The position numbers and the translations under genes were made by a program. From Alphaproteobacteria bacterium (GTDB taxonomy: Bacteria > Pseudomonadota > Alphaproteobacteria > MPNO01 > UBA830), in contig OZ251539.1 of assembly GCA_965243135.1 (NCBI GenBank), positions 4,416,001 through 4,480,000 of the forward strand: a DNA stretch of 64,000 bases, in the 5' to 3' direction. The notes beneath the pieces were generated by a model that saw nothing but the letters and a program-made list of their open reading frames with translations, was not told the origin of the DNA and made no database searches. Numbering within the stretch: position 1 is the first letter of the stretch; each line of letters starts with the position of its first letter. Of this stretch, positions 51,173-60,565 are shown piece after piece.

Positions 51173-51784
51173 TCAGCTTGGGCCGGGCCGCCTGCGGCGC
51201 AGCAGCGGGTAGAAGAGTATGCCGGCGAAAAATCCCCCGGCGTGGGCTTCCCAACTGATGTTGCCGCCGCTGAGCAAAGCGTAGCCCACATTCATGATCA
51301 TCATGAGAAGCATGTACTGCGCGTAGTCGCGAAGACTCGGACGGGAAACACCGTCGTGTCCACGCAGAAGAACGTGGGCGCCCGCGCCGAGAAAGCCGAA
51401 CACGACGCCCGACGAGCCTATCAACAGCTGGCTCTGGCCCCAGTTGAGAATCGCATGGGCGAGCGCGCCCGCTGCGGCGGTAACGAGGAAGAAGGCAAAG
51501 TAGCGCGCGCCGTAGAGATGCGGGCGAAGCTGCGCGGACATCACCACGAGCCAGAAAGCGTTCGCCCCGAGATGCGCCCAACCGCCGTGCACGAACGCCG
51601 ACGTCGCCGCGCCGTACAGCCAGATCGTTTCGAACGCGCCGCGCCTGAACGCGTCGAACCCCATGAAATAAAGGACGTACGCATCGAATTCCAGCGGGAG
51701 AACGCTGCGGATCGCCTGGACGGCCGCGAGGACGACGAGGATTTTCACGGCCGCCGACGGCAAGAGAAGGCGGGCGGCGCTCAT
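51173..51784 (-). CDS. Rhomboid family intramembrane serine protease
   Basis: FVHGGWAHL, GSSG, SWEAHAGG. Confidence 0.88.
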   Translation of the reverse strand: MSAARLLLPSAAVKILVVLAAVQAIRSVLPLEFDAYVLYFMGFDAFRRGAFETIWLYGAATSAFVHGGWAHLGANAFWLVVMSAQLRPHLYGARYFAFFLVTAAAGALAHAILNWGQSQLLIGSSGVVFGFLGAGAHVLLRGHDGVSRPSLRDYAQYMLLMMIMNVGYALLSGGNISWEAHAGGFFAGILFYPLLRRRRPGPS

Positions 51785-51932
51785 TTACGCGGGCAGTTTA
51801 CGTTGCGCTTCCGGATGCGCGCGGCCGGACCGCCGAACGATGCGCCGGTCTTCGCCGACGGAGCGCGGAGGCCCGCGCGGACGATCGCGGACAGCGCGGC
51901 GGCCGCCGGCCGGCCGATCCTCCGGAGGCCCG

Positions 51933-52808
51933 TCACAGCACCACCAGCATGAGCAACGGCAACGTCGCAAGCGAAATCACGGTGGAAATCAGGATCATGC
52001 CGGCGGTATCGGCGGGACTGCGGTCGAAGCGCTGGGCGAACAGAAAGTTATGCACGGCGACGGGCATGGAGCAGGCGATAATCAGAACGCCGCGTTCGGC
52101 GCCCTCCAGTTCGAGGAGAACGGACAGCGCATAGCCAACCACGAAGCCGATCGCCAGCCGGATAGCGGACACGCCGGCGTTCAACGCGATGCTCGGAACG
52201 CGGATTCCGGCGATGGCGACGCCGAGGGAAATGAGCATCAGCGGTATCGCCATACCGCCGACGAGGCGCGTGGCGTTGGCCAGCCATTCGGGAGGCTGGA
52301 TGCCCGCGAGCATGAAGAAGAGCGCGGCGGCAACGGCGTAGATGAGCGGATTGTTGTAGAGAAGGTCGGCGGCCAGACGGCCGGCGTAGATGCTCCACCC
52401 GACAACGAAACTGACCAGCGAGGACAGGACGAACACGCCGATCGCCAGCGCGAGTCCCTCGGGTCCGAACGCGAAGAGGCAGAGCGGGAGTCCCATGTTG
52501 CCGGTATTCGCGGAGGTGAACGCGGGCAGATAGGTGTGAACGGGCAGTTTCAGAAGCGCGATCACGGCGAAACCGGCCGCGATGAAGCTACAGAGCGCCA
52601 GACCGTAGGCTCCCGCGATCTTCGCCAGCGCCTCGGGACTGATCCGAAGTTCGGTCAGCGTCGAGAAGGCAAGGCACGGTATGCCGAGATAGAGCGCAAG
52701 CGCGCTCACCATCCGGGTATCGAAGGGGCGGCCGGTGCGGGCCCAGACGAAGCCTATCGCAGCGCATGCGAAAACCGGGGCCACGACCGCGAATATCTTG
52801 GAAATCAA
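51933..52808 (-). CDS. AEC (auxin efflux carrier) family transporter
   Basis: NTGNMGLPLCLFAFG, SMPVAV; ~10 TM segments. Confidence 0.88.
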   Translation of the reverse strand: MISKIFAVVAPVFACAAIGFVWARTGRPFDTRMVSALALYLGIPCLAFSTLTELRISPEALAKIAGAYGLALCSFIAAGFAVIALLKLPVHTYLPAFTSANTGNMGLPLCLFAFGPEGLALAIGVFVLSSLVSFVVGWSIYAGRLAADLLYNNPLIYAVAAALFFMLAGIQPPEWLANATRLVGGMAIPLMLISLGVAIAGIRVPSIALNAGVSAIRLAIGFVVGYALSVLLELEGAERGVLIIACSMPVAVHNFLFAQRFDRSPADTAGMILISTVISLATLPLLMLVVL

Positions 52809-52931
52809 GGAAACGCCGCCCCGTTTCGGTCGCGAGGCCAACCGCGGGACGGAAGCCGGCGCCGCAAAGGCGGCGGAACCGGCCGCGCAGCGGTCCGGGC
52901 GTTGCGGCGCGGACGGCGAGGTCCAATCACC

Positions 52932-53390
52932 CTACTCCTCCGTCAACGCCGCGAGATCGCTCATGTCCTCGATCATGCGGCGCCAGCGATCTTCGCCGAA
53001 AGCCGCGACGAGCCGGTCCTGCGCTTCCCTCCACACCGGCGTCGCGCGTTCGATGGCGACCTCGCCTGCCCCGGTGATCGACGCGACGCGTTCCCGGCGG
53101 TCGCTGCCGGGCGAGATCCGGACCAGCCCCCGGTCGGCGAGCACCTTGAGGTTTCGGGTCAGGGTCGTGCGGTCGAGCGCCAGATGCTCCGCGAGCCGGG
53201 TCGCCGACGCCGGCCCCATCATGGCCACCGCCCCGAGCATGGTGAACTGCGTCGCCTTTATTCCGCTGTCCGCCATGATGTCGTCGTAGAACTGGGTTAT
53301 CGCACGCGAGGCGCGGCGAACGTTGAAACACGTGCAGTGCCACGCAACGCGAACCTGGGTCGGGTTGGCAAGCGGATCGTTTTCGCTCAT
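52932..53390 (-). CDS. MarR family transcriptional regulator
   Basis: CTCFNVRRASRAITQFYD, LDRTTLTRNL, DRRER. Confidence 0.92.
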   Translation of the reverse strand: MSENDPLANPTQVRVAWHCTCFNVRRASRAITQFYDDIMADSGIKATQFTMLGAVAMMGPASATRLAEHLALDRTTLTRNLKVLADRGLVRISPGSDRRERVASITGAGEVAIERATPVWREAQDRLVAAFGEDRWRRMIEDMSDLAALTEE

Positions 53391-53418
53391 ATGCGTGCAT
53401 TAACACGCATATGAGCGA
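53383..53418. promoter_or_regulatory. Perfect 15-bp-arm inverted repeat overlapping the marR start (putative MarR operator)
   Basis: TCGCTCATATGCGTG-cattaa-CACGCATATGAGCGA. Confidence 0.65.
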
Positions 53419-53572
53419 CTCGTCCATCACTTTTTGGGCGAACGACACGCCGCGGCCTTCGCGCGGCGGCGGCGGAACGTCCCGACCGGCAGGCGCGGCC
53501 GCGGGAACCGCGCTTCGACATCCCGGACCCGCCGGGATAGGCTGGCGACGCGACGGTTCGGGAGACGGCGCG

Positions 53573-54139
53573 ATGGTGAGGCTGGACAAAATATACACCG
53601 GCGGCGGCGACGCCGGCCAAACCTCGCTCGGCGACGGCGCCCGGGTTTCGAAAGCGGCGGCGCGCGTCTGCGCCCAGGGCGACATCGACGAAACCAACGC
53701 CGCGATCGGGCTCGCGCGCCGTCATGCGGCACCGGTTTCGGCGGACGAAATCCTCGCCCGCGCGCAGAACGACCTGTTCGATCTTGGCGCGGACATCGCG
53801 CGGCCCGGGCGCGACGACGCCGACGGCCGCCTTCGCGTCAAGCCGGACCAGGTCGCCCGCCTCGAACGCGAAATCGACGCGATCAACGAGGACCTCTCGC
53901 CGCTCGCCTCCTTCGTGCTGCGCGGCGGAAACGATTTCGCGGCCTCGCTCCACTACGCCTGCACGGTATGCCGGCGCGCCGAACGCGCCGCCTGCGCCCT
54001 CGCCGCCGAAGAGGAGGTCAACCCGCAAGCCCTCGCGTACCTCAACAGGTTGTCGGACCTCCTTTTCGTCATGGCGCGCGCCGCCAACGACAGCGGCAAA
54101 GCCGACGTGCTCTGGAAACCGGGCGCAACCACGAGATGA
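53573..54139 (+). CDS. PduO-type ATP:cob(I)alamin adenosyltransferase
   Basis: KIYTGGGDAGQT, GDIDETNA, QNDLFDLGAD, CRRAER, YLNRLSDLLF. Confidence 0.92.
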   Translation: MVRLDKIYTGGGDAGQTSLGDGARVSKAAARVCAQGDIDETNAAIGLARRHAAPVSADEILARAQNDLFDLGADIARPGRDDADGRLRVKPDQVARLEREIDAINEDLSPLASFVLRGGNDFAASLHYACTVCRRAERAACALAAEEEVNPQALAYLNRLSDLLFVMARAANDSGKADVLWKPGATTR

Positions 54140-54766
54140 AGCCCTTTCGGCGAAATTCCGGACGATCAGGCGAACGTCCTGCCGCGGCTTTCCGTTGTTG
54201 CAGTTCTCTTCCGGTCGACCGCGTCCCCGGCAGCTGCGGTCTCAGGGTTGTCCGACCGCTTGCGCCCATCGTCGGACGGTCGATTTCGAGCAAGGTTTTC
54301 TCTCCTGAAACGTTGATGAGTTTTCCGCCGACGCCCGCTCGGGACAAGCCCGTTTCCTGCCAGCTTGCGCAGACGGCGGCTTTCGTCAATTCCTCCCCCT
54401 CCCCCCATGTCCCGCCATGACTCCCGCTCGCAGCTTGCCCTTGATTCGCGAGGCAGCGGCACTTGCGGTTGCGGGGGTTAGGGTTCGGGACGGAGATCGC
54501 CTTGGGACAAAGTTTCCGCAAGAGACTTTCTCGCCACTCGACGAAGGCCTCGCGCCCAGCCGATATGGCGGACGTCTCCGCCGAGAAAGTCGGCCACTGC
54601 AGCTCGGTTCTCGATCTTTCCGTGACAGGTCCTTCTTTCTGCTGTATGGTATGTTCGCTCGCGTTGCTTGTTCGGCGTTTCGCCATATATTGTTCTTATA
54701 CTGCAGGAACGCCGACAGGCTAGCGGCAGTACGGCCGCAGCCAGCGAGATTGGAGACGGAAACAAC

Positions 54767-55222
54767 ATGAACAAAGACTTGGAATATTTCGTCGACGGCA
54801 AGCCGTTTTCAATTGCGAAACCGGAACCGACCGTCGCGGAAATACTGGCCCGCGCGGAGGTATCCATCCAACAGTTTTACCTTGTGTCGGCGGATGGAAC
54901 GGAATACCGCGAGCCGGACAAGACGATCAAATTACGTTCGAGCGACCGGTTCGAGACGAAAAAGCGAACGGATACGAGGCCGGTTTCTAATACCTACACC
55001 GTCAATGGAGAAATCCAGACCACGGAACGCCACTCGCTAGCCGTGGAAACGATTCTGAAAACTGCCGGCAAGGCGGCCAGCATCGACGTTACGCAAATCA
55101 ACAGTTATTTTCTTGAAAACCTCGCCGACGGCCGTAAATACGAGAAGCTTTCCGATCAGGTGGCAATCCAAGACGGCGACAAATTTCTGGCCGTTCACAT
55201 TGGAAGAACGCCGGTAGCATGA
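54767..55222 (+). CDS. Tandem ubiquitin-like (multi-ubiquitin) protein, BubA-like
   Basis: Two beta-grasp units (YFVDGKP...TVAEIL...IKLRSSDRFET; YTVNGE...AVETIL...VAIQDGDKFLAV) and C-terminal G-RTPVA. Confidence 0.78.
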   Translation: MNKDLEYFVDGKPFSIAKPEPTVAEILARAEVSIQQFYLVSADGTEYREPDKTIKLRSSDRFETKKRTDTRPVSNTYTVNGEIQTTERHSLAVETILKTAGKAASIDVTQINSYFLENLADGRKYEKLSDQVAIQDGDKFLAVHIGRTPVA

Positions 55223-55599
55223 TTCCACTCAGAGAAATCTCCTCGGAATTACGCGCTCTCGGATACCAGTCCGAGATCGTGGCAAACAGCGAGTTCGGAG
55301 GATGCAGCGCCGTCTTGTTCGATTATCCAGTCGCCACAGGCAGACACAAAAACCATACGTTCAGACTCGGCATCGGTTTCCAGGAGGAGGGATATCCGGA
55401 ATATCCGCCCCATTTCGTGTATGTTGCCGACCTTCCCAACCCGCAACTCCCGATACATACCTCTTTCCGTTACGATGATGCGGAATGGTCAGCGTTCAGC
55501 GTACCGCCCAGCGACTTCTGGGACGGCCTCCCGTTCCAAGACAAAAACATGAAGACCTACGTTTATCGGCACCTTGCAAGATTCTGGAGTCAGGTTTGA
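55219..55599 (+). CDS. E2/UBC-like protein (prokaryotic E2 family E, BubB-like)
   Basis: FDYPVATG, GYPEYPPHF, WSAFS; ATGA coupling to the Ubl gene. Confidence 0.72.
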   Translation: MIPLREISSELRALGYQSEIVANSEFGGCSAVLFDYPVATGRHKNHTFRLGIGFQEEGYPEYPPHFVYVADLPNPQLPIHTSFRYDDAEWSAFSVPPSDFWDGLPFQDKNMKTYVYRHLARFWSQV

Positions 55600-57065
55600 G
55601 GTACGATGCCGTTCTGACCGAACAAGTCCATGAAAAGGCGTGCGCGCTCCTTCTCAAGCATGCGCGGGAAGGTCAGGCGCAAGAGGAACTGTCTTTTGCC
55701 CTGTGGCGGCCGAGTACGGGGGCGACCCGGAAATCGGCCCTTATATTCGACATCATTCCACCCGCTGAAGGCGAACGTCATCTCCACGGAAACGCCAGCT
55801 TCGAGCCCGGCTACCTGACGCGCGCCATCAGACTTGCCTGCGTTGAAAAATCCGGCCTAGCGTTCATGCACAACCACCTCGCCAACGGCTGGCAGGAAAT
55901 GAGTCCCGAGGACGAAATCGCAGAAAGGGACCGCATCTCGCCGCCAGCGCGCGCATGCGGATTTCCATTGGTTGGTTTGACGTTAGGAACGGACGGTGGA
56001 TGGAGCGCTCGTTTCTGGACATGGGACGGTCGCCGCTTCAAACTATCCTGGTGCGATAAAGTCCGGGTTACCGGACGAAAACAGCGCATTACCTTCAACG
56101 ACCATAACGCGCCTCCACCTCGCCGACGCGCTATGCTGCGTAGAACCATCGACACATGGGGCGAAGCGCGACAGCACGACCTCGCCCGCCTTCGAGTCGG
56201 CGTGGTCGGCGTCGGGAGCGTAGGGTCCATGGTGGCCGAGACATTAGCAAGAATCGGTATAGAGAAGATTGTGCTCATCGACCCGGATCGGGTGGAAACG
56301 CACAATATCGACCGGTTGCTTCACGCCAGGAGGAAGGACATCGGAAAACACAAGGTGGAACTTACCGCACGATGCCTGAAGGCCGGCGCGACGGCAGAGA
56401 ACTTCGACGTATCCGTGCACAGAGAGTTCATTCAGCGAAAGAGCGCCTACCTTGCGGCTCTCGATTGCGACATCCTGTTTTCTGCGGTGGATCGTCCTCT
56501 ACCGAAGGACTTGCTGAACCGCATCGCTTACGCTCACTGCATACCGGTGATTTTCGGCGGCGTTTTCGTTGACAATAAACCCGATGGATCGTTGGGACAG
56601 GCAGCGTGGAGCGTGGTGACGGCGGGCCCCGACAGGCGCTGTCTTCGATGCGACGGCCAATATAATACTTCGGAGGTCGCGATGGAGCGGGACGGCTCTC
56701 TGGACAAGGCTAGCTACGTTCGACAAGCGGCGGCAGCGGATGGTATGCTGCCCAATCAGAACGTGTTTCCATTTAGCGCAAATCTAGCGAGCTTCATGAT
56801 AATTGAAATGGTGCGCCTCGTGGCGTCGGACGATTGGTGGCCGGACATGGGCGGTAAGCTGCACTACAGCATGATACCTAGCCGTTTGCGCACCGAGCAG
56901 GGACAATGTTCGGTCAGTTGTTCCGTCAGCAGCAGTTTGACTCTCGGGGATCTGTACCGGTATCCTTTCCTCTCCGCCGACAAGTCGATCAACCGGACAT
57001 CGAGAACCTTTCTCCGGCCTCTTAGAGAGCTGATATCGAGGTTTCCGATCAGGAGACAGCGCTGA
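55596..57065 (+). CDS. JAB peptidase-ThiF/E1 fusion (BubCD-like)
   Basis: JAB E...HNH...S..D (EELSF, FMHNHL, MSPED); E1 GVGSVG, IDPDRVETHNIDR, CLRC and CSVSC; TTGA overlap with the E2 stop. Confidence 0.85.
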   Translation: MRYDAVLTEQVHEKACALLLKHAREGQAQEELSFALWRPSTGATRKSALIFDIIPPAEGERHLHGNASFEPGYLTRAIRLACVEKSGLAFMHNHLANGWQEMSPEDEIAERDRISPPARACGFPLVGLTLGTDGGWSARFWTWDGRRFKLSWCDKVRVTGRKQRITFNDHNAPPPRRRAMLRRTIDTWGEARQHDLARLRVGVVGVGSVGSMVAETLARIGIEKIVLIDPDRVETHNIDRLLHARRKDIGKHKVELTARCLKAGATAENFDVSVHREFIQRKSAYLAALDCDILFSAVDRPLPKDLLNRIAYAHCIPVIFGGVFVDNKPDGSLGQAAWSVVTAGPDRRCLRCDGQYNTSEVAMERDGSLDKASYVRQAAAADGMLPNQNVFPFSANLASFMIIEMVRLVASDDWWPDMGGKLHYSMIPSRLRTEQGQCSVSCSVSSSLTLGDLYRYPFLSADKSINRTSRTFLRPLRELISRFPIRRQR

Positions 57066-58309
57066 TGGGAAAAATCATCGAATTTCGATTGCGGGACGTA
57101 CGATGCTTTGACGGTGAACAGTCCGCCAAACTGGGCCGAATCACCTTGCTTGTAGGCGAAAACAGTGCGGGAAAATCAACCTTCATGGGTTGTTACCAAG
57201 CCTTTGCAAAACTAGCCAATCTGCTCGATCTCGGCGAGGAAAACCATTTCAACGCTCCCCCATTCCGGATGGGTTCCTTCGGTACGGTCGTTCGAGCGGG
57301 GAAAACCGATTTCACCATCGGGGGCATCTTTGAAAATCATTGTCATACTGACGCCGCATTTACGTTCGTCGCGGGGGACGGGGACAAACCCGTTGAGCAG
57401 GAAGTTCGTTTCCGCTTCAATGACAAACAAGGCGGAAATCATGAAATCGGTATCATCCACAAGTCGCCCAAACGCGATATCTTGACATTCGAAGGGCCGA
57501 ATTTCCACTTTGATCTGGACAGAAGCGAGATCTCATATATTCCTATATCGACGTGGTTGTCACGCTATGTTCGGTTTGGCTATTTACCTTTCCGCGGCGA
57601 ACCAGCCGATTTCAGGGCGCGCAACGACGTTTCGGAAAAAGACGAAATCGAGTTCGCCAAATTCATAGGCTTCTTCCGATCAAGTTTCGACTTTCCCGGT
57701 CCCCCGCCGTTCACGGTTAACGCTCTCGATCCCCATTTCCCGGCCCGCGAACGTGTTTATTCCGCATTGCCTTCCTATCTAGAAGACCTCGAATCCGGTT
57801 TGCGATCCGAATTCGCAGCAATCGGGTCGATAATGAAACTGTGGAACGACATTACGACCGAGGCCGCCCCAGACGGCTCGCAAGTATTGGTTGACGTTGC
57901 GGGCGGCTTACGCAATCTGGTCGATGTCGGCTATGGCGTTCACAGCCTATTGCCGCTGATCAATGCCATCTTGGGATCGAAATCGGTACTGTTGCTTCAG
58001 CAGCCGGAGATTCATGTCCATCCGATGGCGCAAGCCCGTTTGGCGCAGTTTATGGCTGAAAATGATCGAGACTTTATCATCGAAACGCATAGCGAACACT
58101 TTGTGGACCGCTTCAGGATATGCGTCATGGACGGCATTCTGCGGCCGGAGGATCTGTCCATCGTTTACTTTGAACCTCATGCGGACGGAACGAAGTGTCG
58201 AATTCACAGCATTTCCGTGGATGCTGAAGCTAATTTGTTGGACGTGCCAAAGAGTTATAGATCATTCTTCGTTGAGGAGACCGAGCGGTTGTTGGGTCTA
58301 GAAAGGTGA
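57065..58309 (+). CDS. ABC/AAA_21-type ATPase (DUF3696-like)
   Basis: LLVGENSAGKST, VDVGYGV signature, LLLQQPEIHVHP, IIETHSEH; TGATG overlap with the E1 stop. Confidence 0.85.
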   Translation: MGKIIEFRLRDVRCFDGEQSAKLGRITLLVGENSAGKSTFMGCYQAFAKLANLLDLGEENHFNAPPFRMGSFGTVVRAGKTDFTIGGIFENHCHTDAAFTFVAGDGDKPVEQEVRFRFNDKQGGNHEIGIIHKSPKRDILTFEGPNFHFDLDRSEISYIPISTWLSRYVRFGYLPFRGEPADFRARNDVSEKDEIEFAKFIGFFRSSFDFPGPPPFTVNALDPHFPARERVYSALPSYLEDLESGLRSEFAAIGSIMKLWNDITTEAAPDGSQVLVDVAGGLRNLVDVGYGVHSLLPLINAILGSKSVLLLQQPEIHVHPMAQARLAQFMAENDRDFIIETHSEHFVDRFRICVMDGILRPEDLSIVYFEPHADGTKCRIHSISVDAEANLLDVPKSYRSFFVEETERLLGLER

Positions 58310-58315
58310 GAATTT

Positions 58316-58783
58316 ATGTGCATGAAGATCATCATAGATGCATGTGCATTTGGCAGTGTCTTGGATAGCGACAGAGATTCCATCTTGCGCAAATGGATCG
58401 ACAATCGAAATTGTATCGTCGTATACACGGAATCAGGAACCTATGGGGAGGAATTACGCGGAAGCCGCAGGATGCTGCGACTGTTTGGGGAATATCGCCG
58501 CAACGGCTCTGCGGAACTTGTGGATAATAACAGATTGCGGGCTGTAGCAGGGGCGTTGCAAAATAAGGTTGTTCGCTCGAACGACGAACACATATTGCAT
58601 CTGGCCTTGGCCAGCAAAGCGCTGATGCTACGAACGGAAGAACGCGCAAATTTACGGGCAGATTTTGTCGATAAAGATTTGTTGCCGAAAATCGGCAGGA
58701 AAAAGCGCGCCGTATACCCGGAAAGCGGATCTCCGAGGGTCAAGCGACAGTTTCTTGATCGAAGAAGATGCCCCAGCACATGA
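58316..58783 (+). CDS. PIN-like domain protein (putative RNase)
   Basis: IIIDAC, EEL, SNDEHILHLALAS, LRTEE acidic pattern. Confidence 0.6.
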   Translation: MCMKIIIDACAFGSVLDSDRDSILRKWIDNRNCIVVYTESGTYGEELRGSRRMLRLFGEYRRNGSAELVDNNRLRAVAGALQNKVVRSNDEHILHLALASKALMLRTEERANLRADFVDKDLLPKIGRKKRAVYPESGSPRVKRQFLDRRRCPST

Positions 58784-59085
58784 AGCTGAATGGCTGCCGG
58801 TTGGAAAATTGTCGCCTGCTACCTACATGTTCGTGTATCCGTGGGCGGCCGTTTATCCGAAACGTTCGACTGGTCGAGAAGGAGGTCGCGTTGGAGGCGG
58901 ACATTGTTCCGTTCTCTTTTCCGCGCATTTCTCCGAGAACGACCGCGCCATCGTCGAGATTTGTCCGATTCCGTCTTTCGGTTGCGCTTTCAACCCGACA
59001 GGAAGCGTTGAATTCGTTCGGGAAGAAATGGTAAGTGAAACCAGACCGCGGCGCGGGACGACAAGGCGATCAAGGAGGGCATGGA

Positions 59086-59460
59086 ATGACAACGACGTTT
59101 CTCGGACTCAGGACCACGATCTACAAGGTCGGCGACCTTGATCGCGCCAAGGAATGGTATGCCGAAGCGTTCGGCGTCGAACCGTATTTCGACCAGCCGT
59201 CCTATGTCGGCTTCAGCGTCAGGGGATACGAGCTCGGCCTGATGCCCGACGACGGAACGCCTGCGGACAAGCCCGACAACGTGCTTAGCTACTGGGGCGT
59301 GGAGAATATCCGCGAAGAGACCGGCAGGCTGATCGCGCTTGGAGCGACCGAGCACGAAAAACCGGTCAACGTGGGCGGAGAAATCATGGTGGCGTCCGTC
59401 CGGGATCCCTGGGGCAACGTGATCGGCCTGATCCGCAATCCCGAGTTCAAGGCCGAATGA
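59086..59460 (+). CDS. VOC/glyoxalase family protein
   Basis: DLDRAKEWY, YVGFSVRGYELGL, DPWGNVIGL. Confidence 0.88.
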   Translation: MTTTFLGLRTTIYKVGDLDRAKEWYAEAFGVEPYFDQPSYVGFSVRGYELGLMPDDGTPADKPDNVLSYWGVENIREETGRLIALGATEHEKPVNVGGEIMVASVRDPWGNVIGLIRNPEFKAE

Positions 59461-60319
59461 CCGGCCCGGCGCCCCTGCCTCCGACCGCCTCGGCGGTCAT
59501 GCCGACGGCGCCGGCGCGATCCGTTGCCCAGAGAGCGATGCGCGCGCCGTCCGGCCTGCCCCACAGCGTGAAATCCCCATCGTCGTATATCGGATGTCCG
59601 GAACGAAACGAAAATCCGGCGATCCTGAATTCGGGCCTCTTGCGCCGAACCAGTTCCAGCATGAGCCTCGCGATCAGCGCGCCCTGCACCAGAAGGCCCG
59701 GATAGCCTCGCGCGCGGGCGAAATCCCGGTCGTAGTGAACGCGGTGGCTGTTGAAAGTCACCGCCGAATGCCGAAACATCAGAACCGGATCGGGAGCGAC
59801 GGTTTCCGACCAGACGGCGGCGGCGGGCGGTTCGCCGGCAGGCCGGCTCCTCGACCCGCGCGGCGCTCCCGACGGCCGGAAAATGACGTCGTTCTCCTCC
59901 GTCACGGCGAGTCCCGCCGGGCCGTAAATGCGATGACGCACCAGTCCGACGACGAACGCGCCCCCTCTCCCCTGCTTCAGATCGAACGACGCCATTTCCG
60001 ACTCCTTGCGGATGCGGTCTCCGATCCGGAGCGCCCGATCGAACCGGTAGCGCGCGCCGCCGAACAGCCTGACCGGATACTCGGGCGCGGCCGGAAGCAG
60101 TTCCTCGTCTCTGGCGAGTCCGTCGGGGCCGAGTCTGGACGGCGGCAGGCTGGCCGAGCAAAACAGCCCGTGCCAGAGCGGCGGAAGGGGATCTCCCTCG
60201 ACCGGGGCCGGCTCTTCGCGGCCGAACGCCGCCATCAGCCGAACGACCGGCGCAATCGTCACCGTATCTTCCGCCTCGACGAGACGGCCGCGCGCCGCGC
60301 TCAGCGATGCCGGAATCAT
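59447..60319 (-). CDS. Double-hotdog (MaoC/FAS1-like) acyl-CoA dehydratase, mesaconyl-C4-CoA hydratase-like
   Basis: LPPLWHGLF, SAVTFNSHRVHYD, GYPGLLVQG. Confidence 0.8.
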   Translation of the reverse strand: MIPASLSAARGRLVEAEDTVTIAPVVRLMAAFGREEPAPVEGDPLPPLWHGLFCSASLPPSRLGPDGLARDEELLPAAPEYPVRLFGGARYRFDRALRIGDRIRKESEMASFDLKQGRGGAFVVGLVRHRIYGPAGLAVTEENDVIFRPSGAPRGSRSRPAGEPPAAAVWSETVAPDPVLMFRHSAVTFNSHRVHYDRDFARARGYPGLLVQGALIARLMLELVRRKRPEFRIAGFSFRSGHPIYDDGDFTLWGRPDGARIALWATDRAGAVGMTAEAVGGRGAGPVIRP

Positions 60320-60565
60320 GGTCGTTCTCCTCCGCGGGCATCCGCCTTCCATCCCGGACGACGATCAGGTCCGCCGCGCCCTCGACACTTCCGTTGGCCG
60401 GCCTCGACGCCGCGCCGAAAAACGGCAATGCTCATGCTTCCGGACGTCAAGACGGGGTCTGCGGACGGGCCGGGTTGCGCCGAGTCGCGCGTTCGCCGCG
60501 CCCCCAACGAGCGCGACGGATCCATCCGTTCTCTGGCGCGCCTCCGCTCAAGCGCTCCGACCTCT

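Noticed and set aside
54140-54760. ORFs or a LexA box upstream of the Ubl operon
   Set aside because: No convincing protein, and the GTTC motifs lack the GTTC-N7-GTTC spacing
54767-57065. CBASS Cap2/Cap3 or ThiF/ThiS sulfur-transfer operon
   Set aside because: No CD-NTase, no thiamine/molybdopterin genes, no GG-ending ThiS/MoaD; domain order is Ubl, E2, JAB-E1
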